DNA from: Candidatus Saccharimonadota bacterium
Lineage (GTDB): Bacteria; Patescibacteriota; Microgenomatia; UBA1406; GWC2-37-13
Length of the DNA stretch: 32,000 nt
Direction of reading: 5' to 3'
NCBI GenBank assembly: GCA_016700135.1
Contig: CP065004.1
Span: 720,001-752,000, forward strand
Shown: positions 8,192-16,345 of the stretch, one piece after another
Position numbering within the stretch: the stretch's first letter is position 1
Layout of the letters: each line of letters begins with the position of its first letter
Notes under the pieces: model-generated
What the model was told of the DNA's origin: nothing
Seen by the model: only the letters and a program-made list of their open reading frames with translations
Databases searched by the model: none
Position numbers and translations under genes: made by a program

Positions 8192-8203
8192 ATTGCAATT
8201 ATA
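8192..8203 (-). promoter_or_regulatory. -10 box TATAAT (8198-8203, minus) exactly 6 nt upstream of pth ATG 8191
   Basis: The minus strand reads gacTATAATtgcaatATG. Confidence 0.5.
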
Positions 8204-8239
8204 GTCGATCCTCAAGTAGTATAAAAGGAAGAGTTGTCA

Positions 8240-8251
8240 TTTAATGTTCTT
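8240..8251 (+). promoter_or_regulatory. -10-like TTTAAT (8240-8245) exactly 6 nt upstream of ATG 8252
   Basis: Sequence is tcaTTTAATgttcttATG. The hexamer matches consensus at 5 of 6 positions. Confidence 0.4.
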
Positions 8252-9229
8252 ATGTCAAAATACGTACCCGATGTCTCATCCAGAAGATGGGTCATCATCT
8301 CTTCAAACCGCATAAACAAACCGGAAAATTATGATGATGATCCTTCAAACGATACTGACGGTTGTCCTTTTTGTGAAGGAAATGAAATGATGACACCGAA
8401 AGAGGTTTTTCGAATCGGAAAAGGCAAATCAGGTGAAAAGGGATGGGATGTAAGGGTCATCGAAAACAAGTATCCCATAACTGATTTTCATGAGGTCATC
8501 ATACATTCACCGCAGGAAACGGATCTTCATAAACTGCCGAAGGAACATATTGCCAAGGTATTTGATGCGTATCGTGAACGGTACAATTATTATTGCAAGC
8601 AGGGTCAGGTCATCATTTTCTGCAACCAGGGTGAGCACGCAGGTGCTTCCATCGGACACCCTCATTCACAGCTGGTAGTTTTAGCGAATCAGATCAATCT
8701 CTCAGCTCTCTGCAAAGAACCGCTTAAAAATATTGTCAAAGAAAACACGTACTTTGATGTGTACTGTCCTGATTTTTCGCAGTGGCCTTATGAAGTCTGG
8801 ATCACTCCGAAAAAGGAAGATACCATTTTCGGGAGTATCACCGATGAAGAAATCACAGATCTTGTCGATATCTATCAGGATATTATGGAGAAGCTGGAAA
8901 AAATTTATGATAAAAAAAATAAAACAGGCAAAGGTTTCAGCTACAATTTTTACATTTATCCGAAAGAAAACTGGTATCTTCGTATCATTCCCCGAATGAT
9001 TTATCGTGCCGGATTCGAACTGGGTACGGGGCTCTCTGTCAATATTACTGATCCGGAAGATGTCGCAAAAGAACTCAGGGACAAAGAACCGATAGTAACC
9101 GAAGCGAAGAAACCGGAGCAGACGGCCAAAGACGGTACTCCTGAAGAAAATTCATCAGCACCGGTCAAGACTAAAGAGGAGCAAATTGAAGATTTGAAAG
9201 CAAAATTGGCCGCGTTAGGCATAGATTAA
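8252..9229 (+). CDS. galT: galactose-1-phosphate uridylyltransferase-like HIT-family nucleotidyltransferase
   Basis: CPFCEGNE zinc-knuckle motif and HPHSQL (the His-Pro-His nucleotidyl-histidine motif of GalT-branch HIT proteins). Start taken as ATG 8252 (MSKYVPDVSSRRWVIISSNR) rather than the track's TTG 8234. About 55 aa of charged C-terminal tail follow the fold. Confidence 0.8.
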   Translation: MSKYVPDVSSRRWVIISSNRINKPENYDDDPSNDTDGCPFCEGNEMMTPKEVFRIGKGKSGEKGWDVRVIENKYPITDFHEVIIHSPQETDLHKLPKEHIAKVFDAYRERYNYYCKQGQVIIFCNQGEHAGASIGHPHSQLVVLANQINLSALCKEPLKNIVKENTYFDVYCPDFSQWPYEVWITPKKEDTIFGSITDEEITDLVDIYQDIMEKLEKIYDKKNKTGKGFSYNFYIYPKENWYLRIIPRMIYRAGFELGTGLSVNITDPEDVAKELRDKEPIVTEAKKPEQTAKDGTPEENSSAPVKTKEEQIEDLKAKLAALGID

Positions 9230-9233
9230 TACT

Positions 9234-10079
9234 TTACAGACGTTTTCTGCTTCCCAGTTCGGTGATCGCTCTTCCGCCCATGCGGCCTCCTACCAAACGG
9301 GGCATAAATGAGACATATGGGTACGATCTGAGAGTCTTATCCTTATAACCGTCAAACGGATCAACCGCAGAAAGAAGTTTTGCTGAAGTATTGTCCCAGC
9401 CGATCAGTTGTTTTACTTCTGTCGGAGAATGGCCTTTGACTGTAAAAGGATCGATGACCCAGCCGACAGCATTTGCTTCCACGGCACGTCTGAGTGCCAG
9501 ATAAGTCTCTCCGATTTGAGGCGTTTGCTTCAGTGCCATTGACGCAAAAAGAGGGAGGACTGATTCGGTCATAGTGTTGTGAAATCTTCCCGGATCGTCC
9601 AGCGTACCGGCAATAAAGTCCTTCATAAAACCCACGTCAGCAGCTTCTAAAGAGGGGACTATCAAGCCCTCACTTGTTTCCGTCCAGAAGGTCTGTAAGT
9701 AGCTTTTTCGTGCTTGCTTTAATGCATCCGCAAGTTCCTGAAAACTCTTTTGATAAAGTTCGGGATCGACGGCACGGCGGTATTGTTCAATCCCCGAATC
9801 CAGCAGGCGGACATCCTGATCGTGATTGGCATTTGACCAAAGCACTGATGATGCGACAGCTGTTGCTTCAACTATCCGTGCCTGTGCATCAAGAATTTGC
9901 AGCTCTTTAGAAATCCGTTCGGCAGCTTCTGCCATATGAGGAAACAGTTCCGCATTGATGTGAAATATATCGTCTGTATCCGATACATTGGTCTCAACCT
10001 CACTTGCATCGGCAAGACGCTTCAGGATATCATCGAGCTGTGTCGGCATATCGTTGCCGCCCGGTACTCCTTCTGTCAT
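9234..10079 (-). CDS. hypothetical protein (ORFan, downstream partner of the tail-anchored protein)
   Basis: 281-aa ORF with ordinary globular composition. No signal peptide or TM segment and no motif I recognise. Confidence 0.6.
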   Translation of the reverse strand: MTEGVPGGNDMPTQLDDILKRLADASEVETNVSDTDDIFHINAELFPHMAEAAERISKELQILDAQARIVEATAVASSVLWSNANHDQDVRLLDSGIEQYRRAVDPELYQKSFQELADALKQARKSYLQTFWTETSEGLIVPSLEAADVGFMKDFIAGTLDDPGRFHNTMTESVLPLFASMALKQTPQIGETYLALRRAVEANAVGWVIDPFTVKGHSPTEVKQLIGWDNTSAKLLSAVDPFDGYKDKTLRSYPYVSFMPRLVGGRMGGRAITELGSRKRL

Positions 10080-10091
10080 AGTCTCATTGTA
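10080..10091 (-). promoter_or_regulatory. -10 box TACAAT (10086-10091, minus) exactly 6 nt upstream of ATG 10079
   Basis: The minus strand reads aagGTACAATgagactATG. Confidence 0.45.
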
Positions 10092-10118
10092 CCTTATCGG
10101 GAGAAGAGTGTGAAGAAA

Positions 10119-11477
10119 TTATTGTCTTGATTGTGCCATGCCTTGTGTGATAAGCATGAAAAAGATAAGAAGACCGCCGCCGCCGAGCATCATCGCTATT
10201 TTTTTACGTTGTTCAAGTTTGGCTTTTTCTTCGCTGTCATCAGGGAGATTCTTAATTTGCTCATTGATTGCAGCTTCCATTGCTTCGTTCATTTTACCCT
10301 GACTTATGAGGAAATTTATAGACCGTCCGGCTTCAGCAGAGAATTCACCTGTTTGTACCATCATGAGTACATGAGCAGTTGCTTCGGGGTCTTTATATTT
10401 GGCCAAAGCTTGTTCCATAAGCTCAATCTGCTGATCAAGCGCCTCAAGTTCTTCTTCAAGCTGCTTCTCTTGAGCTGTCCCTTGAAGCCGTGCGAACTGC
10501 TCTCTTTTGATATCTTTGTTTTGCTGAAGGATTTCCAGCTGCTGTTTGGTTTCGGCGATGACATCCGGACCGTGAATACGCATCAATTCGACCATATCTC
10601 CATGGGATGCGACGATATGATCTGCAATCTGGGCACGGAAAGATCCGACTTTTGCATCAATCCGCTGGTTGTATTCAGTTATTGCCGCAACTTCATCATT
10701 ATATTTTCTCTGGTCATCTTCGGAAGCTCCTTGCATCGGTGCAGGAGGGAGGTCTTTTTTCGGATAACGTCTCTCTAAAAATTTGAGAAGAGCATCTGTT
10801 GTGATTTGTCCCGATTCAGAAGCAGCCTCAGTAATGGCTTTTGCTTCGAACTGTACCTTTTCGCCCGGTTTTTTAATCTGTTTGAGGTACATTTCAAAAA
10901 TCTGCCTCTGTTTCGGTCCCATGCTTGAGAGGAGGTCCTCGCTATGTGCACAGATAAACGAAGTCATAATAATATGTTCGGGGACACTGATAAGCTGATC
11001 ACTTCCGTCAACCTTGCAATGGAACTGGCCGTCGGTTCGTCCGATGATATGAGTTATCCGATAGTTTTGAGAACCTGCCGGCATTTCAGCATTCCGAATG
11101 CTCGGTTCTGCCTGACGGATTTTTTTTGATGAATCTTTAGGATCGGGTTCATCCCACATTCGGATAAAAGTGTCTGAGTCGGACACTGATCCGTCTGCGC
11201 TGGCACGAATGTCTACACCTTCGGAGTACATGGGAGCTTCGGGAAGTCCGTTTATAGCGTCTATCCAGTTCAATACGGTTCGCCGCTCACCCTGGATTGT
11301 GGCCGTACGTTCCTGAGCCCCTTTGTTTTTTCTGTCATTTGCAAGGCCTACCTGTCGGGCATCATATAAGAAAGAGTGTCGGATAATTCTTTCAGCATCA
11401 AACTTTGGGTCTTCTTGAGGCCTTAAAGCTTCAGGAGCAACAACACGGCCTTCGGTGGGTTGGGGAACGTCTACCAT
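10119..11477 (-). CDS. hypothetical tail-anchored coiled-coil membrane protein
   Basis: ORF of ~452 aa counted from ATG 11477 (the track starts at TTG 11486). Long heptad-like stretch (KQQLEILQQNKDIKREQFARLQGTAQEKQLEEELEALDQQIELMEQAL). A single C-terminal hydrophobic helix (IAMMLGGGGLLIFFMLITQGMA) is followed by only 5 residues. No N-terminal signal peptide. Confidence 0.6.
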   Translation of the reverse strand: MVDVPQPTEGRVVAPEALRPQEDPKFDAERIIRHSFLYDARQVGLANDRKNKGAQERTATIQGERRTVLNWIDAINGLPEAPMYSEGVDIRASADGSVSDSDTFIRMWDEPDPKDSSKKIRQAEPSIRNAEMPAGSQNYRITHIIGRTDGQFHCKVDGSDQLISVPEHIIMTSFICAHSEDLLSSMGPKQRQIFEMYLKQIKKPGEKVQFEAKAITEAASESGQITTDALLKFLERRYPKKDLPPAPMQGASEDDQRKYNDEVAAITEYNQRIDAKVGSFRAQIADHIVASHGDMVELMRIHGPDVIAETKQQLEILQQNKDIKREQFARLQGTAQEKQLEEELEALDQQIELMEQALAKYKDPEATAHVLMMVQTGEFSAEAGRSINFLISQGKMNEAMEAAINEQIKNLPDDSEEKAKLEQRKKIAMMLGGGGLLIFFMLITQGMAQSRQ

Positions 11478-11490
11478 ACTTATCAATTTA
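11478..11490 (-). promoter_or_regulatory. -10-like TAAATT (11485-11490, minus) 7 nt upstream of ATG 11477
   Basis: The minus strand reads caagTAAATTgataagtATG. A weaker hexamer (4 of 6 matches). It lies back to back with the plus-strand promoter. Confidence 0.3.
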
Positions 11491-11491
11491 C

Positions 11492-11526
11492 TTGAAACTC
11501 TCTATAAAAACAAGTATATTTACTTT
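11492..11526 (+). promoter_or_regulatory. sigma70-type promoter: -35 TTGAAA (11492-11497), 17-nt spacer, -10 TATATT (11515-11520), 6 nt, ATG 11527
   Basis: Sequence is cTTGAAActctctataaaaacaagTATATTtactttATG. Both boxes and both spacings are canonical. This is the best promoter in the window. Confidence 0.6.
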
Positions 11527-14500
11527 ATGAGCATGGATAGACAACCGTCGAGGCGAGTGAAGGAGCTTGTACAGCCCGGCTCCCTCCGTGCCACTCCGCT
11601 CAGGGAAAGCCGGCCGAATTGGTTTCAAAGGGTAATACTCAGGAAAAAAGAGACTCCGAGGCCTGAAACAAACCCAAATACTGAGTTTGACCGCAACAAA
11701 TTTACTGTCGAGACCGGAACTATGAATCATGAGAAAGCTCAGTTCAATCCGGAACTTCAGGCGCAATATTCCACATACCTGCACAATCATCTGACAAGAC
11801 TGGCAGATCTTTATAATCGGGATCCGAATGCATTGATCTTTCAGTCTCCTGCATTCAGACATCAAAAATTGCTGCTTGAGACGCTTGCTACGAAAACGGA
11901 CGGGAATCAGTATGAGATTTCAAAAGCTGATATTGCTGAAGCACTGAAAACCGATCCTGATCTGTGGATTACGACAACGCTGATTATGGAAGAAGATATG
12001 GCAATGACTCTTGCGGGTTTAGGCTTGGTAGCGGAAATCGATCCTGACAAACTAGGGGCGAAAAGTGCTTTTGATGTGACTGTTGATCCCCAAAGAATTT
12101 ATTTGGATATTGACCGCGGCAGGTTGAACAAACTTACCAAAAATCACCCCGTGTTGGCGTCTTTGGCAGTTCTCGGCGCGGGAGCTTTGTCTACTCCGCA
12201 GGGAATAGCTCTTATGAAACAGGCTTATGCAGGTGCAGTTGCGGCAATTCCGCATATTGATCAATTGGTACAAAAAGCAGGTGCTGTGATCCAGAATCCG
12301 GCACTTCTGGCGCCATTTGCAGCTCAGTACGCAGGGTTGGGAATTTCGGCGCTAGCTTTAGCAGTCGGGAATAGATCTCTTTTTAAAGAAGGCGTCGGGA
12401 TCAATATCCGGCGCAATGCCGATCTTCTTCAGAGATTGAAATCAGGAAGGTATCCTGCGGAAGAACAATATTTGCAAGACATTATCGGATTGAATATCAG
12501 TGATCTGAGAGTGACCAGACTCGGGATGCCTCCTGGTACCCGTACAGTCCAACATGAGAACACAAATCCCAACTCTATTGCAATGGAGCAAATCCAGGCA
12601 AGTCTGGTATCGCAGATGTGGACCCGCTTCAAATTTTACAATGAAGGACTTGGTATTCCTCCGGAGAAGATCAACATGATCTCAGAGAATCTGACATTCG
12701 GACAAACCAGAAGCAATTTCAGAGGAGAGCTTACCGTCTGGGGAGAAGAAATGCAGCAGGTAAGAAGCAGAAAAATTGCAGAGTTTATCAATAGGACAGC
12801 GCATGATCCCAATCCTGAAGAACAAATGATGATTGATATTGATGCACGGAGGGAAATCATCACCAGAAGACTGGAGAAACGGCTTCTGAAACAGGAGGCT
12901 TCACAGAAAACCGTATCAATGCTGACAACACAGGCCGAGGCAGTACAAACCGGTGAGTCAAAGGGAAGAATTATCCAAAAACAGACGGAAGATCTTACGA
13001 CTGCCGATTCTATGATCACCGATGCTAATACAACTCTTGCTACAGAAAGAGACCAGTCAGGTTTATATGTCACAGCTTTGGAGAATCTTGATAAGACACG
13101 GGAACGGGTGAGAAATGAATACGGCGTAACGACCGTTGCTGAACTTCAAAATCTGGTCAGAGAACGCGATATATTGGCAGACGATCGGCTGGAAGCCTTG
13201 CGGGATGAACTACAGCAGGCTGAGAAGGCGGTTGAAAATCTTGAAGCTACAAGTAAAAATATTGACCGGCTTCATACTGCACAGGAAGGACAATTTACTG
13301 TATTAACCACAATTGATGCAAGACTTGCAGCTGCGCCTGTACCCGCAGGAGGTGCCGCTCTTGCTCCTGTGAATCTTGATGCAAATTTCCTTGCAACTGC
13401 AACAGTTGAGCAGATCTTTGACAAAATAAATACGGCACACAGCCGGCTGGCAGCCGAAGGCTGGCCAAAAGATCAAAATGCCGCGCATCTCAAGGAAATA
13501 TATCAGGCAATAGCAGAAGCACGTGCAAGACAGATCGATGCAGGGGTTGCTGTTTCATCTCCAGATCTTGTGCTGTTTACGACGGGAGCTGCGGCCGTAG
13601 GCGGTGCAGCAGCGATTCCGGGAGCAGGAATGGAAAACCATGCTTTGATGAATATGACCGTAGATCAGATTATTGCTGAGGTTAATAATGCTCTTCCGGG
13701 AACTCTCAATCCGAATCTGCCTGCGGATCGTGAGAGGGTACGGAAAGTCAAAAATGAGGTCAGAAGGAAGTATGATGTCCGCTATCAGGCCTGGCGAGAG
13801 ATTGAGTCTGAAGCCGGTGATGCACTGACACGTCAGAATACTCGTTCCGGATCTGAAAGGACAAATATCGAAAATGAAATTCAAAAACTTGAGACTGAAC
13901 GTGATGCCATGCGTCGTGAAGAAGCAGATGTTGCTGCTTTCAAGGACGATCAGAAGATTGCGAATTCCACATTGGATCGGAGAGCGCCTTCTTATCACAA
14001 AGGCTGGCAGCAGTTCGAGACGTATCATCGATATTTATCAGGACTTGTACCTCCTCGCACCGACCTTGACCCGGCAAATTTGCATACGAAAGATGTTGAC
14101 ACAATTATGGCTGATATAAATGCGATGTATGCAATAGATCCGAGTGTCGGATGGCCTCCTGCTCAAAATAATGACCCCGAACATATCAGATGGATTGTGG
14201 CCGCAAAAGCAGAATCAGAAGCAAGAAATCGCTCCACTGATATGACTGCTCATGCCGGTGCAATGGCAGATCTTTTGGCTGATGGGGTTCGTGAAGAGGA
14301 TTTGGCAATAATAGATATGAAAGACGTGCGGGCATATTATCTTACCTTGACAGGACGAGGAGTTGCAGCCGGTCATACAGAAGCAGAGTTTGCTGAAGCG
14401 ATTCAGCAGGCTAAACGCCGACATGCTCTCAGAAAACAAATGCTTGGTCAGAATATCACCGCTGCAAAAGGAAGAGGAGGAGACTTTGCGGATACTGATG

Positions 14501-15978
14501 TGACGTTCCTTCAGCTTGATCCGGAATTCCAGAAGGCATATAGGGCTTTGGAACAGCGTAAAGCCAGATTGTCTACGCCAGCTGCTCCTGTTGTGAGCAG
14601 TGCCGATCTCGATGCCCGTATAACGGCCCGCACCGCAGATCGTGATGCATTGCAGGAGTTTCCTAACCTTACTGAATACCTGAAAAACATTACTCAAAAC
14701 ACATATAAAGAATATATTGAAGCCGCTACAAAACTCGATATGAAGCGGGCAGAAGTTGCGAGCAAAGCAACGGGGGCTCAGACATCAGCGGAACTTCAGA
14801 GAAAAATTGAAGTCCGAGCACAACACAGCAAAGAAGATATCGAACAGGCAGTGACGGATTTGAAAACCGCTGAAGCTGCAGTTGAAAAATCATCGCCGAC
14901 AGTGAAAAATGCATTAGAAATCCGGGAATCGGCAATGAAAGCTTACAGAGATTTCCGGACTTTTGACAGGCAATTGAGACGGGGAGGTGCTGTTGCAGTG
15001 GGCTTATCCATGACCGATCTTATTGATACTGACTATGATGAGTTAATGACCCGCATCAATACTGCCTATGACAGATCGGTTGCGGCAGCCATTACTCCGC
15101 CACTCGGATGGCCGAAGGAAGAGAATAAGCTGGAGGGCAATCAGAAAAAATTAACGGAAGCAATTGCAGGAGCTCGGTTGAGCCGTGCCGAAACTGCCTT
15201 GAGGCGAACGTCTCCCAATGCCGTCGAGATTCTGGGAAATCTTTCACTAGAAGAGGCGTTGTCGATGAATGATGCAGATCTGGCAGCCGCGTCGCTCGCA
15301 TGGCGTGTTGCGGCAGGAGTGGCAGCACCCGCTGCGATGACGGCTGTTGAAGTCCGTGATGCACGTAAAGTTCTTAAGGATATCATCGGTGCTCAAAAAA
15401 CGGCATTACAGGAAAGTATTGATGCTAATAGTAAAAGACAGCAGAAAATTGCAGGTGAAATTGAAAAAATTGAAGAACGATATCAAAGTTCCGAGGCATT
15501 CATCGGAGCGGTCAAAGATATGGTTCAAAAACAGGAAGCACTGTTTACCCGTATCCCTGATTTGATAGGAGCGGCTGCAGATGCTCAGTTCACTGTTCCT
15601 GTTCGTGCTGGAAACAGAAACTATACAGATAAAGAGATCAATCCGAGCGCAAACGGCGTAGCGTTGGGACCTTTGCCGAAAGGATATTTTGATATTTTGC
15701 AGATGATGACAGGCTATCAAGACAATGCTGCCGAAGGACGTGATGTTGTATTTCAGAAACTCATCAACGTATCGCAATTTCAACCGACTGCCATCGCACT
15801 TGAATTGAACAGACATCTTGATTTCGGTCTCGGTGCCGGTGGTCCGATCACGATAGACCGGGTTTTAACTGAAATTCAGCGCCAGGTCAATAACAAAACT
15901 CTCAGCCAATCAGATATTTTCCATGCTGTACGCAGTATGAGAGAAAATTATATTTCACATGTAAGAGCAATTTCCTAA
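11527..15978 (+). CDS. giant hypothetical protein (~1483 aa) with an Ala/Gly-rich hydrophobic segment, long coiled coils and four internal 'GWP' modules
   Basis: One uninterrupted ORF. Start set at ATG 11527 (MSMDRQPSRR) from the promoter geometry, whereas the track starts at 11455. Hydrophobic stretch at ~12145-12385 (VLASLAVLGAGAL...AGLGISALALAVG). E/R/Q/A-rich coiled-coil-like runs. Repeated modules are listed separately. No signal peptide and no family I can name. Confidence 0.8.
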   Translation: MSMDRQPSRRVKELVQPGSLRATPLRESRPNWFQRVILRKKETPRPETNPNTEFDRNKFTVETGTMNHEKAQFNPELQAQYSTYLHNHLTRLADLYNRDPNALIFQSPAFRHQKLLLETLATKTDGNQYEISKADIAEALKTDPDLWITTTLIMEEDMAMTLAGLGLVAEIDPDKLGAKSAFDVTVDPQRIYLDIDRGRLNKLTKNHPVLASLAVLGAGALSTPQGIALMKQAYAGAVAAIPHIDQLVQKAGAVIQNPALLAPFAAQYAGLGISALALAVGNRSLFKEGVGINIRRNADLLQRLKSGRYPAEEQYLQDIIGLNISDLRVTRLGMPPGTRTVQHENTNPNSIAMEQIQASLVSQMWTRFKFYNEGLGIPPEKINMISENLTFGQTRSNFRGELTVWGEEMQQVRSRKIAEFINRTAHDPNPEEQMMIDIDARREIITRRLEKRLLKQEASQKTVSMLTTQAEAVQTGESKGRIIQKQTEDLTTADSMITDANTTLATERDQSGLYVTALENLDKTRERVRNEYGVTTVAELQNLVRERDILADDRLEALRDELQQAEKAVENLEATSKNIDRLHTAQEGQFTVLTTIDARLAAAPVPAGGAALAPVNLDANFLATATVEQIFDKINTAHSRLAAEGWPKDQNAAHLKEIYQAIAEARARQIDAGVAVSSPDLVLFTTGAAAVGGAAAIPGAGMENHALMNMTVDQIIAEVNNALPGTLNPNLPADRERVRKVKNEVRRKYDVRYQAWREIESEAGDALTRQNTRSGSERTNIENEIQKLETERDAMRREEADVAAFKDDQKIANSTLDRRAPSYHKGWQQFETYHRYLSGLVPPRTDLDPANLHTKDVDTIMADINAMYAIDPSVGWPPAQNNDPEHIRWIVAAKAESEARNRSTDMTAHAGAMADLLADGVREEDLAIIDMKDVRAYYLTLTGRGVAAGHTEAEFAEAIQQAKRRHALRKQMLGQNITAAKGRGGDFADTDVTFLQLDPEFQKAYRALEQRKARLSTPAAPVVSSADLDARITARTADRDALQEFPNLTEYLKNITQNTYKEYIEAATKLDMKRAEVASKATGAQTSAELQRKIEVRAQHSKEDIEQAVTDLKTAEAAVEKSSPTVKNALEIRESAMKAYRDFRTFDRQLRRGGAVAVGLSMTDLIDTDYDELMTRINTAYDRSVAAAITPPLGWPKEENKLEGNQKKLTEAIAGARLSRAETALRRTSPNAVEILGNLSLEEALSMNDADLAAASLAWRVAAGVAAPAAMTAVEVRDARKVLKDIIGAQKTALQESIDANSKRQQKIAGEIEKIEERYQSSEAFIGAVKDMVQKQEALFTRIPDLIGAAADAQFTVPVRAGNRNYTDKEINPSANGVALGPLPKGYFDILQMMTGYQDNAAEGRDVVFQKLINVSQFQPTAIALELNRHLDFGLGAGGPITIDRVLTEIQRQVNNKTLSQSDIFHAVRSMRENYISHVRAIS
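13381..13536 (+). repeat. protein-level internal repeat, copy 1 (ANFLATATVEQIFDKINTAHSRLAAEGWPKDQNAAHLKEIYQAIAEARARQ)
   Basis: Shares the pattern [polar]-hxxQ/T-I-x3-I-N-x-A-x(6-13)-G-W-P-x3-N-x(8-10)-I/L-x2-A-x-A/S-E/G-A-R with copies 3 and 4. GWP is encoded at 13459-13467. Confidence 0.6.
13636..13773 (+). repeat. protein-level internal repeat, copy 2, degenerate (NHALMNMTVDQIIAEVNNALPGTLNPNLPADRERVRKVKNEVRRKY)
   Basis: Same helix-loop-helix layout (MTVDQIIAEVNNA ... basic helix), but GWP is replaced by GTLNPNLP. Confidence 0.4.
14074..14232 (+). repeat. protein-level internal repeat, copy 3 (ANLHTKDVDTIMADINAMYAIDPSVGWPPAQNNDPEHIRWIVAAKAESEARNR)
   Basis: GWP is encoded at 14149-14157. 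It aligns by eye with copies 1 and 4. Confidence 0.6.
15001..15192 (+). repeat. protein-level internal repeat, copy 4 (GLSMTDLIDTDYDELMTRINTAYDRSVAAAITPPLGWPKEENKLEGNQKKLTEAIAGARLSRAE)
   Basis: GWP is encoded at 15106-15114. It aligns by eye with copies 1 and 3. Confidence 0.6.
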
Positions 15979-15981
15979 TTT

Positions 15982-16332
15982 ATGAAACTCAATACCAAAA
16001 CAATAATTCAGACACTGCCGCTTGATGACAAACTCAAGCAGGATATTTTATCCAAATGGGATACGATGGATCAGGATCTCAGGTATGAAATTGAGAATCT
16101 TGTCTGGGAAGCGTACTATGAGTTTGAAGATCTCAAAGTTGATGAGAATATCCTGAAAAATTTTGAGAAAGCAAAGCAAGGTGAGATACCGCTCAATGGG
16201 GATTTTTATGATACTGCTGTCAAAGGTACAGAAGAATCAAAAACGCAGGAACTTCATCAATCGGCTGATTCTGTCGAACTTGCTGCCGTTCGGGAGAAGC
16301 TTGAGCAGTTAATGCAAAGCAGTCCACAGTAA
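15982..16332 (+). CDS. hypothetical small acidic protein
   Basis: 116-aa ORF starting 3 nt after the giant gene's stop. Clearly acidic (many D/E, for example YEIENLVWEAYYEFEDLKVDENILKNFE). No motif recognised. Confidence 0.6.
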   Translation: MKLNTKTIIQTLPLDDKLKQDILSKWDTMDQDLRYEIENLVWEAYYEFEDLKVDENILKNFEKAKQGEIPLNGDFYDTAVKGTEESKTQELHQSADSVELAAVREKLEQLMQSSPQ

Positions 16333-16345
16333 TTGTATATATCAT

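Noticed and set aside
8192-8251. The longer N-terminal extensions in the ORF track: pth from TTG 8215, galT from TTG 8234, the giant gene from 11455, the tail-anchored gene from TTG 11486, def from 30150 and the first surface protein from 20533.
   Set aside because: The extensions add non-conserved residues ahead of family N-termini that match well (MLILMGLGNPG, MILPLVKVPN). They overlap divergent genes or promoters. They also ignore ATGs placed 6-8 nt after strong -10 boxes.
10131-10778. 215-aa plus-strand ORF antisense to the tail-anchored protein gene.
   Set aside because: Its Phe/Leu/Cys-rich translation is what the antisense strand of a Glu/Lys/Gln coiled coil produces. It has no promoter or start context and overlaps a better gene completely.
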